Origin: Bacillota bacterium
GTDB lineage: Bacteria; Bacillota; Sulfobacillia; JAJZYS01; JAJZLH01
Direction of reading: 5' to 3'
DNA length: 64,000 nt
NCBI GenBank assembly: GCA_021827745.1
Contig: JAKAUI010000037.1
Coordinates: 6,742 to 70,741, forward strand
Below, one piece after another: positions 55,958-64,000 of the stretch (position 1 is its first letter; each line of letters begins with the position of its first letter). Below the pieces are notes generated by a model. That model was given only the letters and a program-made list of their open reading frames with translations, had not been told where the DNA came from and searched no databases. The position numbers and the translations under genes are program-made.

Positions 55958-57435
55958 GACCGGTGGCGCTGGTCGTGCTGGACGGCTGGGGCATCGCTGC
56001 CCCCGGACCCGGAAATGCCCTGTCCCAGGCCCGCCTGCCGGTCTGGGACGGGCTTGGCGGCCTGCCCCGGACCACGCTCGAGACCTCTGGCCCGGCCGTG
56101 GGGCTGGCTCCGGGTCAGGCGGGCAACTCCAACGTCGGGCACATGCACATCGGGGCTGGCCGGGTGATCCTCTCCGACCTGAGACGGATCGACCTCGCCA
56201 TCGCAGAGGGAAGCTTTCTCGCCATGCCAGCCCTGGTCGAGGCGCTAGAGGCGCCCCGCTTGCACGTGCTGGGCCTGTTCTCGGACGGCGGCGTGCACAG
56301 CGCGCTCGGTCACTGGCAGTCGATCGTGGCGGCCCGGGCAGGCAGGGGCCAGACCTTCTACCACCTCTTCACCGACGGTCGGGACGTGGCGCCGACGGCA
56401 TCGCTAGGGGACCTCGAGGCAGCCAGCAGCTGGCCAGGCTTTGGAGTCGCCACCTTAAGCGGGCGCTATTTCGCCATGGACCGCGACCATCGCTGGCCGC
56501 GGATCGAAAGAGCCTATCGGGCGATCGTGGACGGCCAGGCCGTGCGCCGAGCCACCTGGCGCCAGGCGCTCCAGGAGAGCGCCCGGGCCGGGGTGACCGA
56601 CGAGTTCATGGAGCCGGTGACGATCGGCGACTATCAGGGAGCGAGACCGGGAGATCGGTTCCTCTTTTTGAACTTTCGGGCCGATCGGGCCCGGGAGCTC
56701 AGCCACGCCCTGGCCGACCCCGAGTTTTCGCCGTTCGCCCGTCCGCTCGGCACGTTTGCGCTCACGACCCTCACTCGCTACGAGGAGCAGGGACTCTTGG
56801 CCACGCCGGTCTTTTCCCCGATCAGCCTGAGCCACACCCTCGGCGAGGAGGTCAGCGCCGCCGGGCTGCGCCAGGCCCGGGTGGCGGAGACCGAGAAGTA
56901 TGCCCATGTCACCTACTTTCTAGACGGCGGACGGGAGGACGCCTTTTCGGGCGAGACGCGCCACCTGGTGCCGTCGCCCCAGGTTGCCACCTACGATCTC
57001 AAGCCGCAGATGTCGGCTGGGGCCGTGACGGACGCCGCCCTCTCGGCGCTAGACGATGGTGCCGACCTGCTGGTCGTGAACTACGCCAATCCCGACATGG
57101 TGGGACACACCGGGAGCATTCCCGCCGCCATCGCCGCGGTGGAGGCAGTGGACCGCGAGCTGGGGCGGCTCCTCTCCGGCATCGCGCGGCGCTCGGGCGT
57201 CGCCTTGGTCATCGCCGACCACGGGAATGTGGAGATGATGATCGATCCAGAGACCGGCGGCCCGCACACCGCCCATACCGCCAATCCGGTGCCGGCCGTC
57301 CTGGTCGGGATGCCCCAAGCGCTGCTCTGGCCCGGTGGATTGATCGACGTGGCGCCAACACTGCTCGAGCTTCTGGGCCTGCCTCAGCCCGATGCCATGA
57401 CCGGTCGCTCCCTGCTCCGATCGCAAACCGCCTGA
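55954..57435 (+). CDS. gpmI: 2,3-bisphosphoglycerate-independent phosphoglycerate mutase
   Basis: GTG overlaps the tpiA stop; LVVLDGWG, NSNVGHMHIGAGR and ADHGN are iPGM motifs. Confidence 0.9.
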   Translation: MRPVALVVLDGWGIAAPGPGNALSQARLPVWDGLGGLPRTTLETSGPAVGLAPGQAGNSNVGHMHIGAGRVILSDLRRIDLAIAEGSFLAMPALVEALEAPRLHVLGLFSDGGVHSALGHWQSIVAARAGRGQTFYHLFTDGRDVAPTASLGDLEAASSWPGFGVATLSGRYFAMDRDHRWPRIERAYRAIVDGQAVRRATWRQALQESARAGVTDEFMEPVTIGDYQGARPGDRFLFLNFRADRARELSHALADPEFSPFARPLGTFALTTLTRYEEQGLLATPVFSPISLSHTLGEEVSAAGLRQARVAETEKYAHVTYFLDGGREDAFSGETRHLVPSPQVATYDLKPQMSAGAVTDAALSALDDGADLLVVNYANPDMVGHTGSIPAAIAAVEAVDRELGRLLSGIARRSGVALVIADHGNVEMMIDPETGGPHTAHTANPVPAVLVGMPQALLWPGGLIDVAPTLLELLGLPQPDAMTGRSLLRSQTA

Positions 57436-57448
57436 GGAGGCCGCACAG

Positions 57449-58723
57449 ATGCCGAAGATTCGACAGGTTCATGGCCGCCAGGTCTACGACTCGCGCGGCA
57501 ACCCCACCGTCGAGGTCGACGTGGTGCTGACGGACGAGACCACCGGCCGAGCTGCTGTGCCCTCCGGGGCCTCCACCGGTCGCTACGAGGCGGTGGAGCT
57601 CAGAGACGGCGGCAAGCCCTTCGGCGGCAAGGGCGTACTGAGGGCCCTCGCCCATGTCGACGGCGAGATCAGCCAGGCGCTCTGCGGCCTCGACGCCGAC
57701 GACCAGGCGGCGGTGGACAGTTGCCTGATCGCACTGGACGGCACACCGAACAAGAGCCGGCTCGGTGCCAACGCCGTGCTCGGCGCCAGCCTGGCCGTGG
57801 CCAGGGCCGCCGCCCATTCTCACCACCTGCCCCTGCACCGCTATCTGGCCAGGCCCGACCAAGAGATGTCGCTGCCGGTGCCTTTGCTGAACGTGCTGAA
57901 CGGCGGCCGCCATGCCGACAACCGCTTGGAGATCCAGGAGTTTCTGGTCGTGCCCCACGGATTTGACAGTTTCCAAGAGGCCATGGCGGCCGGTGTGGAG
58001 GTCTATCAGGCGCTGAGACGGGAGCTCGTGCTGATCGGCCAGCGCACCGCCGTCGGCGACGAGGGCGGGTTCGCACCGGATCTATCAGACGACGAAGAGG
58101 CCCTGCAGCTGCTTTTGCAGGCGGTGGAGCGGGCCGGGTTCGAGCCGGGTGCGCAGGTCTCTTTGGCCCTGGACCCGGCGGCCAGCGAGATGCGCGAGGC
58201 GGATGGCTATCGGCTGAACGGCGCCACGCTCAGCGCCAAGGACCTGACCGCTACGTACGCCGCCTGGACACAGCGCTTCCCCCTGGTGTCGATCGAAGAC
58301 CCGATGGACGAAGACGACACGACAGGCTGGCAGGCGGTGACGGCAGAGCTCGGCGGCCGGCTGCAGCTGATCGGCGACGACAACTTCGTCACGAACGCCG
58401 ACCGTCTGCGACAGGGCGCCAGTGAGCACATCGCCAACGCCATCTTGATCAAGCCGAACCAGGTCGGCACCCTCACCGAGACCTTGGCGACCATCTCAGC
58501 CGCCCGCCAGCTGGGATATCGATCGGTCGTCTCGCATCGCTCTGGCGACACCGAGGACACCTTCATCGCCGATCTGACCGTGGCCACCGGCGCCGGTCAG
58601 ATCAAGACGGGCGCCCCCTGCCGCCAGGAGCGCCTAGCCAAATACAACCGGCTGCTCAGAATCGCCGAGCAGGCTCCGAACCTTCCCTACGCCGGGCGGC
58701 TTGTCTTCGGCCGGGGCCGGTGA
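57449..58723 (+). CDS. eno: Enolase
   Basis: DSRGNPTVEVDV, SHRSGDTEDTFIADL and ILIKPNQVGT motifs. Confidence 0.9.
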   Translation: MPKIRQVHGRQVYDSRGNPTVEVDVVLTDETTGRAAVPSGASTGRYEAVELRDGGKPFGGKGVLRALAHVDGEISQALCGLDADDQAAVDSCLIALDGTPNKSRLGANAVLGASLAVARAAAHSHHLPLHRYLARPDQEMSLPVPLLNVLNGGRHADNRLEIQEFLVVPHGFDSFQEAMAAGVEVYQALRRELVLIGQRTAVGDEGGFAPDLSDDEEALQLLLQAVERAGFEPGAQVSLALDPAASEMREADGYRLNGATLSAKDLTATYAAWTQRFPLVSIEDPMDEDDTTGWQAVTAELGGRLQLIGDDNFVTNADRLRQGASEHIANAILIKPNQVGTLTETLATISAARQLGYRSVVSHRSGDTEDTFIADLTVATGAGQIKTGAPCRQERLAKYNRLLRIAEQAPNLPYAGRLVFGRGR

Positions 58724-58765
58724 TACGATCAGCGCCGAAGGGCGGGGAATCCTCTGTATACGGTA

Positions 58766-58990
58766 TTGATCGCAGCCCAGATCGTGGTCGGCTTGGCCGT
58801 CGTCATCACCATTTTGCTGCAGTCCGGCCGTGGCGCCGGCTTTTCCGGGTTCACCGGGTCGGGCGCCGGCGGCGCCGAGTTCTTCTTTGGGCGGCAGAAG
58901 GGTCTCGATGAGGCGCTCGGGCGTCTGACCGGCATCCTGGCCGTCGTCTTCGTGGCGCTGACCTACGTCTTGGCCCGCCTCTGGACCTAG
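58766..58990 (+). CDS. secG: Preprotein translocase subunit SecG
   Basis: ILLQSGRGAGFSGFTGSGAGGAEFFFGRQKG is the SecG signature; TTG 58766 start, or CTG 58754 giving the LYTVL extension seen in Firmicutes-type SecG N-termini. Confidence 0.75.
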   Translation: MIAAQIVVGLAVVITILLQSGRGAGFSGFTGSGAGGAEFFFGRQKGLDEALGRLTGILAVVFVALTYVLARLWT

Positions 58991-59080
58991 CCGTCGGATG
59001 GAATCGACTCCTGGGGGCGCTGCCGGCACAGCCGGGCGCCCCATTTTGTTCGTTGGAGTGGAAAAGGGCGGGGTGATCAG

Positions 59081-59545
59081 ATGGCAAAGCGCCAGTCCGG
59101 CCAGGTGGCCGAAAATCGGCGCGCCCGCTTCGACTACCACCTAGGGGAGCGCTACGAGGCCGGCATCTCGCTGACCGGCAGCGAAGTGAAGTCGCTGCGC
59201 CAGGGCAAGGCGCAGCTGCAGGAGGCCTATGCCATCTTGAAGGAGGGCGAGGCGTTCTTGCTGGGTGCGCACATCGCACCCTACGACCGGGCGACCTTCA
59301 CCAACCACGATCCGACCAGGACCCGCAAACTGCTCCTGCACAAGCGGGAGCTGCGTGAGCTGGCGATGGCGGCTGGCCGCCAGGGGATGACGCTGGTGCC
59401 GATTCGGCTCTATTTCAACGACGCCGGACTAGCCAAGCTGGAGATCGCCCTCGGCCAGGGCAAGAAGGCTTATGATAAGCGCAGGGCGATCGCAGAGCGC
59501 GACGCTGAGCGCTCGATCCGTCGGGCGCTGAAGCGCCCGCGCTAG
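59081..59545 (+). CDS. smpB: SsrA-binding protein
   Basis: NRRARFDYHLGERYEAGISLTGSEVKSLR...HDPTRTRKLLLHKRE. Confidence 0.9.
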   Translation: MAKRQSGQVAENRRARFDYHLGERYEAGISLTGSEVKSLRQGKAQLQEAYAILKEGEAFLLGAHIAPYDRATFTNHDPTRTRKLLLHKRELRELAMAAGRQGMTLVPIRLYFNDAGLAKLEIALGQGKKAYDKRRAIAERDAERSIRRALKRPR

Positions 59546-59567
59546 CAGGTGACCGCAGAGGAGGTTT

Positions 59568-59923
59568 GGGGGCGAATCAGGTTCGACGTATGGCTGATGC
59601 ATGGGGGAGCGAGCCGAGGTCCCGTGCCTCGTAAAACAGCGGGAACACAGATAACTGCCAATAACAGTTACGCTCTCGCTGCCTAAGTAGGGCAGTGACG
59701 TCAGCATCGGTGCCCCTGCCGGCCGATGCACGACGAATGAGGCGGGGTGCTCCGCAAAGCGCGCCACTGGCTTTTCGGCTAAGACATTCAGCGGCTGGCG
59801 TCAGGGCCAATGTCCGGCTCCGGGGACGGTTCTGAGGCGAGACAAGATCCTGGAGACACGCTCGTAGAGCCCACGTGAAGCGGTTGTACGGACCGGGGGG
59901 GCAGTTCCCCCGCGCCTCCACCA
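59568..59923 (+). ncRNA. ssrA: tmRNA (SsrA), tag peptide ANNSYALAA
   Basis: 5' GGGGGCGAAUCAGGUUCGACG (tRNA-like acceptor); internal tag ORF GCC AAT AAC AGT TAC GCT CTC GCT GCC TAA (59657..59686); 3' ...GGUUCCCCCGCGCCUCCACCA; immediately downstream of smpB. Confidence 0.85.
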
Positions 59924-59962
59924 ATTGTTTGACCCACGCTCTGGCACCGAGGAGGGCAGCCG

Positions 59963-60886
59963 ATGCGGGTGACGGTGATCGGCGCCGGCGCCATGGGCTG
60001 CCTGATCGCAGGCCGCCTGTCCCGGGCCGGCCACGAGACCACCTTGGTCAGCAGAAACCGGGCGACCCAGCTGGCCATTGCCGAAAGCGGCCTGGTGCTG
60101 GTCGAAGGCGATCAGCGGGCCGCGCTCCCGATCAACGTCGTCGCTGAGGCCGGCCCTGTCCCTGCTGACCTGGTCGTGATCATGGTCAAGGCAGACGACA
60201 CGGAGGGAGCCTGCGTCACCGCCCGGCCGGCCGTCGGGTCAGAGACGGCGGTGCTGACCCTGCAAAACGGGTTGGGCAACGTTGAGACCATCTCGGCGGC
60301 ATTTCCCAGCTGTCACCTGCTGGCCGGGACGACCACCCAGGGCGCCTTCACCGCTGGTCCTGGCCAGGTGGTGGTGGGCGGGAGCGGGCTTTCCAGCCTG
60401 GCCGCCATCCGGCCCTCCGACCGGAACCTTGCCCGGCAGGTCGCCGACCTGTTCGAGCGGGCTGGGCTTGCGGCGAGAGCGCTGGACGACGTCTGGCCGC
60501 TGATCTGGACCAAGCTGGCGCTAAACGCCGTGATCAATCCCATGGCGGCGCTCTTAGGCGTGGCGAACGGTGCGCTGCTCCGTCTGACAGAGACGAAGTC
60601 GCTGGCCGAAGGCGTTCTGGCCGAGGTGGCGGCGGTGGCAGCCAGCCGGGGCGTGTCGGTCGCCGTCGACTGGCCCGCCGTCCAGGCGGTGCTGGAGAGC
60701 ACCAGGGAAAACCGATGCTCGATGCTACAAGACCTCGCAGCCGGACATCGGACCGAGATCCGGGCCCTGAACGGCGCCGTCGCCAGGTACGGCGAGGAAG
60801 CAGCCATCCCCTGTCCGGTGAACGCCACGCTCGCCGGAATGATCGTCCTGGCCGAGCAGGCGCGCGGAATTTTCGCCAAGCCCTAG
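59963..60886 (+). CDS. panE: 2-dehydropantoate 2-reductase
   Basis: MRVTVIGAGAMGCLIAGRL (Rossmann), LALNAVINPM and EIRALNGAV motifs. Confidence 0.8.
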   Translation: MRVTVIGAGAMGCLIAGRLSRAGHETTLVSRNRATQLAIAESGLVLVEGDQRAALPINVVAEAGPVPADLVVIMVKADDTEGACVTARPAVGSETAVLTLQNGLGNVETISAAFPSCHLLAGTTTQGAFTAGPGQVVVGGSGLSSLAAIRPSDRNLARQVADLFERAGLAARALDDVWPLIWTKLALNAVINPMAALLGVANGALLRLTETKSLAEGVLAEVAAVAASRGVSVAVDWPAVQAVLESTRENRCSMLQDLAAGHRTEIRALNGAVARYGEEAAIPCPVNATLAGMIVLAEQARGIFAKP

Positions 60887-60896
60887 ACAACATTAT

Positions 60897-60932
60897 CCGA
60901 ACATATTACGCTGTTAGCGTCCTAATGTTCGG
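60897..60932. promoter_or_regulatory. Nested AT-rich palindromes upstream of the NCS1 permease (operator/riboregulator candidate)
   Basis: CCGAACAT-att-ACGCT-gtt-AGCGT-ccta-ATGTTCGG: outer 8-bp and inner 5-bp inverted repeats, about 18 nt upstream of the permease GTG and RBS GGGAGG. Confidence 0.4.
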
Positions 60933-60950
60933 ATATGGGAGGGCGGAGGC

Positions 60951-62357
60951 GTGGCCGTCAGGTCGGAGTATCGGGACGAGGTCCTGAAGGTTGAACCGAA
61001 GGGTGTCGAGCCGGTCCGCGACGAGGAGCGCCATGGCAAGCCATCGAGTCTGTTCACGTTGTGGTGGGGGGCAAACGTCGAGTTTGCGACGCTCGCTGTT
61101 GGCGCCCTGCCGATTGTCGTTTTCGGGCTGGGCTTTGGCCAGGCGGTGGTGGCCCTGGTCCTGGCCAACGTCCTCGGTGCCGCCCTCTTGGCCCTCTTGT
61201 CCCTCTACGGGCCGCGGCTGGGCGTGCCGCAGCTGATCCAGTCTCGCAAGGCCTTTGGGTATTATGGAAACTACGTGCCGGGCGTGCTGAACTTCGTGGC
61301 CGGTTTCGCCTGGTTCGCGGTGAACACCGTGCTCGGTGTGGAGGCCCTGCAGTACCTGATCGGCATCACCTTCGCCACCGCCCTGATCGTGATGCTGGTG
61401 GTGCAGGTGCTGATCGCCATCTTGGGCTACAACATGATTCACTCCTTCGAGCGGTACATGTCCATCCTGCTCACGGCCGTGTTCCTGATCGTCACCTACT
61501 ACGCCATCACCAAGGCGAACGTGACAATCGGCTTCAACCCGAAGGTGGCGGGCACAGCCGGATCGAGCGGCGCCTTCATCCTCACCTTCTCGGTGGTCTT
61601 CTCCTATCTGCTGGGCTGGATGGCCTTCTCCTCCGACTACTCCCGCTATCTGCCGAAGTCGACCAAGCCCAAGACTGTGTTCCACAATGTGTTCTGGTCG
61701 GCGCTGATCTCCTGCGCCTGGCTGGAGCTGGTTGGGCTGCTGCTGTCCACCGTCAAGCCGATCTTTGCACCCACCGACCTGGTGACCGGGCTGGTGCCGC
61801 ATGCCATCGCCGTCCTGGCCATGTTGGCCGTGATCGTCGGCACCATCACCGCCAACGTGCTGAACATCTATTCCGGCGCTCTGTCGGCCCTGGTCGTGAA
61901 CGTCCCGATCAAGCGCTGGCAGTCGGCGATCGTCGTCGGCGTGCTTGGCGCCATCGTGGCCTGGACCGCCGGCCAGGGCAACTTCCTTGCCAACTTCGAA
62001 TTCTTCCTGTTCCTGCTCGGCTACTGGGTCGCCCCCTGGGTGGCGATCGTGCTGGTCGACTATTTCCTGATCCAAAAGGGCGAGTACCGCACCGCCCTCT
62101 TCTACGACAAGAGCCGGGGCGTCCGACCCGGGTTCTGGTTCTGGATCGGCTCGGTGGCGGTGTCCGTACTGTTCATGAACCAGTACGTCAGCCCGCAGCT
62201 GAACTTCATCGGCCCGATCGCCAACGCCGTCCCGCAGCTCGGGGACATCACCTACTACGTCAGCTTCCTCTTGGCTGGCATCGGCTATCTCGTGTACAGC
62301 CGGGTCAAGGGATTGGCCGAGGAGCAGCCGGCCATGATGGAGACCGCCGGCAAGTAG
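60951..62357 (+). CDS. NCS1-family nucleobase:cation symporter (cytosine/purine/uracil/allantoin permease-like)
   Basis: 468 aa, 12 TM; [16 protein letters not shown] and [14 protein letters not shown] are typical of the CodB/NCS1 family. Confidence 0.8.
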   Translation: MAVRSEYRDEVLKVEPKGVEPVRDEERHGKPSSLFTLWWGANVEFATLAVGALPIVVFGLGFGQAVVALVLANVLGAALLALLSLYGPRLGVPQLIQSRKAFGYYGNYVPGVLNFVAGFAWFAVNTVLGVEALQYLIGITFATALIVMLVVQVLIAILGYNMIHSFERYMSILLTAVFLIVTYYAITKANVTIGFNPKVAGTAGSSGAFILTFSVVFSYLLGWMAFSSDYSRYLPKSTKPKTVFHNVFWSALISCAWLELVGLLLSTVKPIFAPTDLVTGLVPHAIAVLAMLAVIVGTITANVLNIYSGALSALVVNVPIKRWQSAIVVGVLGAIVAWTAGQGNFLANFEFFLFLLGYWVAPWVAIVLVDYFLIQKGEYRTALFYDKSRGVRPGFWFWIGSVAVSVLFMNQYVSPQLNFIGPIANAVPQLGDITYYVSFLLAGIGYLVYSRVKGLAEEQPAMMETAGK

Positions 62358-62446
62358 CGGCGAATCAGAGGAAGGGGCCGGCGCTTCGCCGGCCCCTTTT
62401 GTCATGGCCGATCGGGTACCATCGACGAAGACAGAGGGGGAGTTCG

Positions 62447-63172
62447 ATGCGCCAAGGACGGCGAGCCGATCAGATGAGAGCGGTGACCATCAGCCCGAAC
62501 TGGCTGACCCACGCCGAAGGTTCGGCGCTGATCTGCTGCGGGGCGACCCGTGTCCTGTGCGCCTGCTCGGTGGAAGAGCGGGTGCCGCCGTTTCGCCGGG
62601 GGTCGGGCGGCGGCTGGGTCACTGCCGAATATGCGCTGCTGCCTCGGTCCACCGTGACCCGCACGCCGCGTGAGGTGGCGAAGGGCGCTCCTGGCGGCCG
62701 TACCCATGAGATCCAGCGGCTGATCGGTCGCTCCTTGCGGGCCGTGGTCGACCTCGACCAGCTGGGCGAGCGGTCTCTCTGGCTGGACGCCGACGTCTTG
62801 GAGGCAGACGGGGGCACCCGAACGGCGGCCGTGACCGGCTGCTATGTGGCGATGGCGATCGCCGTGTCCGGTCTCGTCCGCTCCGGAGTCCTGGCACAGT
62901 CGCCGATTCGCCAGCCGGTAGCGGCGGTGTCGGTCGGCGTGGTCGACGGAGAGGCGCTGCTCGACCTCGAGTACCAAGAGGACGTGCGGGCCGAGGTCGA
63001 CATGAACGTGGTGCTCACCGGAGCGGGCCAGTTCGTGGAGGTGCAGGGGACGGCCGAAGGCGCTCCCTTCTCAGAGGCAACCCTGGCCCGCCTGCTGGCA
63101 CTGGCCAGAGGTGGGATCGCAGAGCTGCTTTCGGTGCAGGAAGAGGCGATCGCCAGGTCGTCAGGAGGTTGA
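62447..63172 (+). CDS. rph: Ribonuclease PH
   Basis: [23 protein letters not shown].....[13 protein letters not shown] and [18 protein letters not shown] motifs. Confidence 0.9.
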   Translation: MRQGRRADQMRAVTISPNWLTHAEGSALICCGATRVLCACSVEERVPPFRRGSGGGWVTAEYALLPRSTVTRTPREVAKGAPGGRTHEIQRLIGRSLRAVVDLDQLGERSLWLDADVLEADGGTRTAAVTGCYVAMAIAVSGLVRSGVLAQSPIRQPVAAVSVGVVDGEALLDLEYQEDVRAEVDMNVVLTGAGQFVEVQGTAEGAPFSEATLARLLALARGGIAELLSVQEEAIARSSGG

Positions 63173-63174
63173 GC

Positions 63175-63780
63175 GTGCGGGTGTGGGTGGCCAGCCGCAA
63201 CCCGGGCAAGGTGGCGGAGCTGCAGGCGCTTCTCGGAGCAGGGCTCGACCTCGCCCCTTGGACGGGAGCGCATCTGGCTGAGGAGATTGGAGCGACCTAT
63301 CTGGAAAACGCCATGGCCAAGGCCGAGGCCGTGCGGGCGCAGACCCTGGACTGGGTGCTGGCCGATGACTCGGGGCTCGAGGTGGTGGCGCTCGGAGGCC
63401 GGCCGGGCATCCACAGCGCCCGCTATGCTGGCCTGACCGCGACCGATGGCGAAAATCGGGCCCGCCTCCTCGGCGAACTCGAGGGCGTCCCCGCAGGTGA
63501 GAGACAGGCCACATTTGTGGCGGTGTTGGTCCTGCTCCGGGTCGGCCACCGAGCCCTGGCCGCAACCGGGACCGCAAGCGGCACGATCGCTGAGACTGAA
63601 CGGGGGCAAGGCGGCTTCGGCTACGATCCGCTGTTCATTTCAGACGAGCTCGGAATCACCTTCGCCGAGGCGACGGCGTCTGAAAAGGCAGCCGTCTCCC
63701 ATCGAGGCAGAGCGGCGCGCCGCCTGCTGGCCGAGCTTGGGCGATCAGGCGGCTTTGACCCCCTGCGTCAGGGCGGATAG
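63175..63780 (+). CDS. rdgB: Non-canonical purine NTP pyrophosphatase (dITP/XTP pyrophosphatase, Ham1 family)
   Basis: GTG 6 nt after AGGAGG; VASRNPGKVAE, SGLEVVALGGRPGIHSARYAG and FGYDPLF motifs. Confidence 0.85.
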   Translation: MRVWVASRNPGKVAELQALLGAGLDLAPWTGAHLAEEIGATYLENAMAKAEAVRAQTLDWVLADDSGLEVVALGGRPGIHSARYAGLTATDGENRARLLGELEGVPAGERQATFVAVLVLLRVGHRALAATGTASGTIAETERGQGGFGYDPLFISDELGITFAEATASEKAAVSHRGRAARRLLAELGRSGGFDPLRQGG

Positions 63781-63796
63781 AATGAACGAGCCAGCG

Positions 63797-63874
<78 letters not shown>

Positions 63875-63881
63875 GAAATAA

Positions 63882-63918
63882 ACCCGCTTCCTAAAAAGGG
63901 ATAGCGGGTTTTCATTTT
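63882..63918 (+). terminator. Rho-independent terminator after tRNA-Pro
   Basis: CCCGCT-tcctaaaaagggat-AGCGGG followed by TTTTCATTTT. Confidence 0.6.
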
Positions 63919-64000
63919 GGCTTGAGAGGACACCGCAGCGCCGCTCAGAACGACTGCCTCTTCCGAGGCGGGGATGCTGCTCAGACCGTGACCGATCGAC

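Noticed and set aside
60906-62405. 499-aa minus-strand ORF
   Set aside because: Antisense to the NCS1 permease; His/Asp/Gly/Gln-rich noise.
61061-63172. 703-aa plus-strand ORF
   Set aside because: An open frame through the NCS1 permease gene with Arg/Gly/Pro-rich translation. Only the last 241 codons (RNase PH, from ATG 62447 with its own RBS) are genuine.

Overview
This is a 64 kb, high-GC (~68-70%), densely coding bacterial chromosomal segment with about 65 protein genes, one tmRNA and one tRNA-Pro. I found no CRISPR array, transposase, integrase or phage module. Gene order is partly Firmicutes-like (gap-pgk-tpiA-gpmI-eno-secG, then smpB-ssrA; a MerR-type glnR-glnA operon with a TnrA/GlnR box), so a high-GC Firmicutes-like or Chloroflexi-like lineage seems likely. 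Most of the content is housekeeping: a heterodimeric ABC exporter; a MoxR-DUF58-transglutaminase operon; an ada/alkA-ogt adaptive-response pair; hemL, panB and panE; a LysR-flanked korAB-citrate synthase-lpd block; a MacAB-like efflux trio; a Pho-type two-component system with pstB-phoU; the glycolytic operon; rph-rdgB. The accessory or unusual content is a small lower-GC islet (GNAT plus a Phd/YefM-VapC module whose vapC carries an in-frame TAA), a tandem pair of C-N hydrolase paralogs in which one has lost the whole catalytic triad, an HprK-like kinase domain fused to an Asp23 domain just upstream of a two-component system, a Walker-A-degenerate Mrp/MinD homolog, a YchF-like NTPase with no canonical start codon, and several palindromic operator candidates. 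Coordinates come from the supplied ORF track and manual frame counting; direct position counts disagreed with the ORF track by 1 nt at two starts, so regulatory-site coordinates may be ±1 nt. Function calls come from motif recognition by eye, not database searches.
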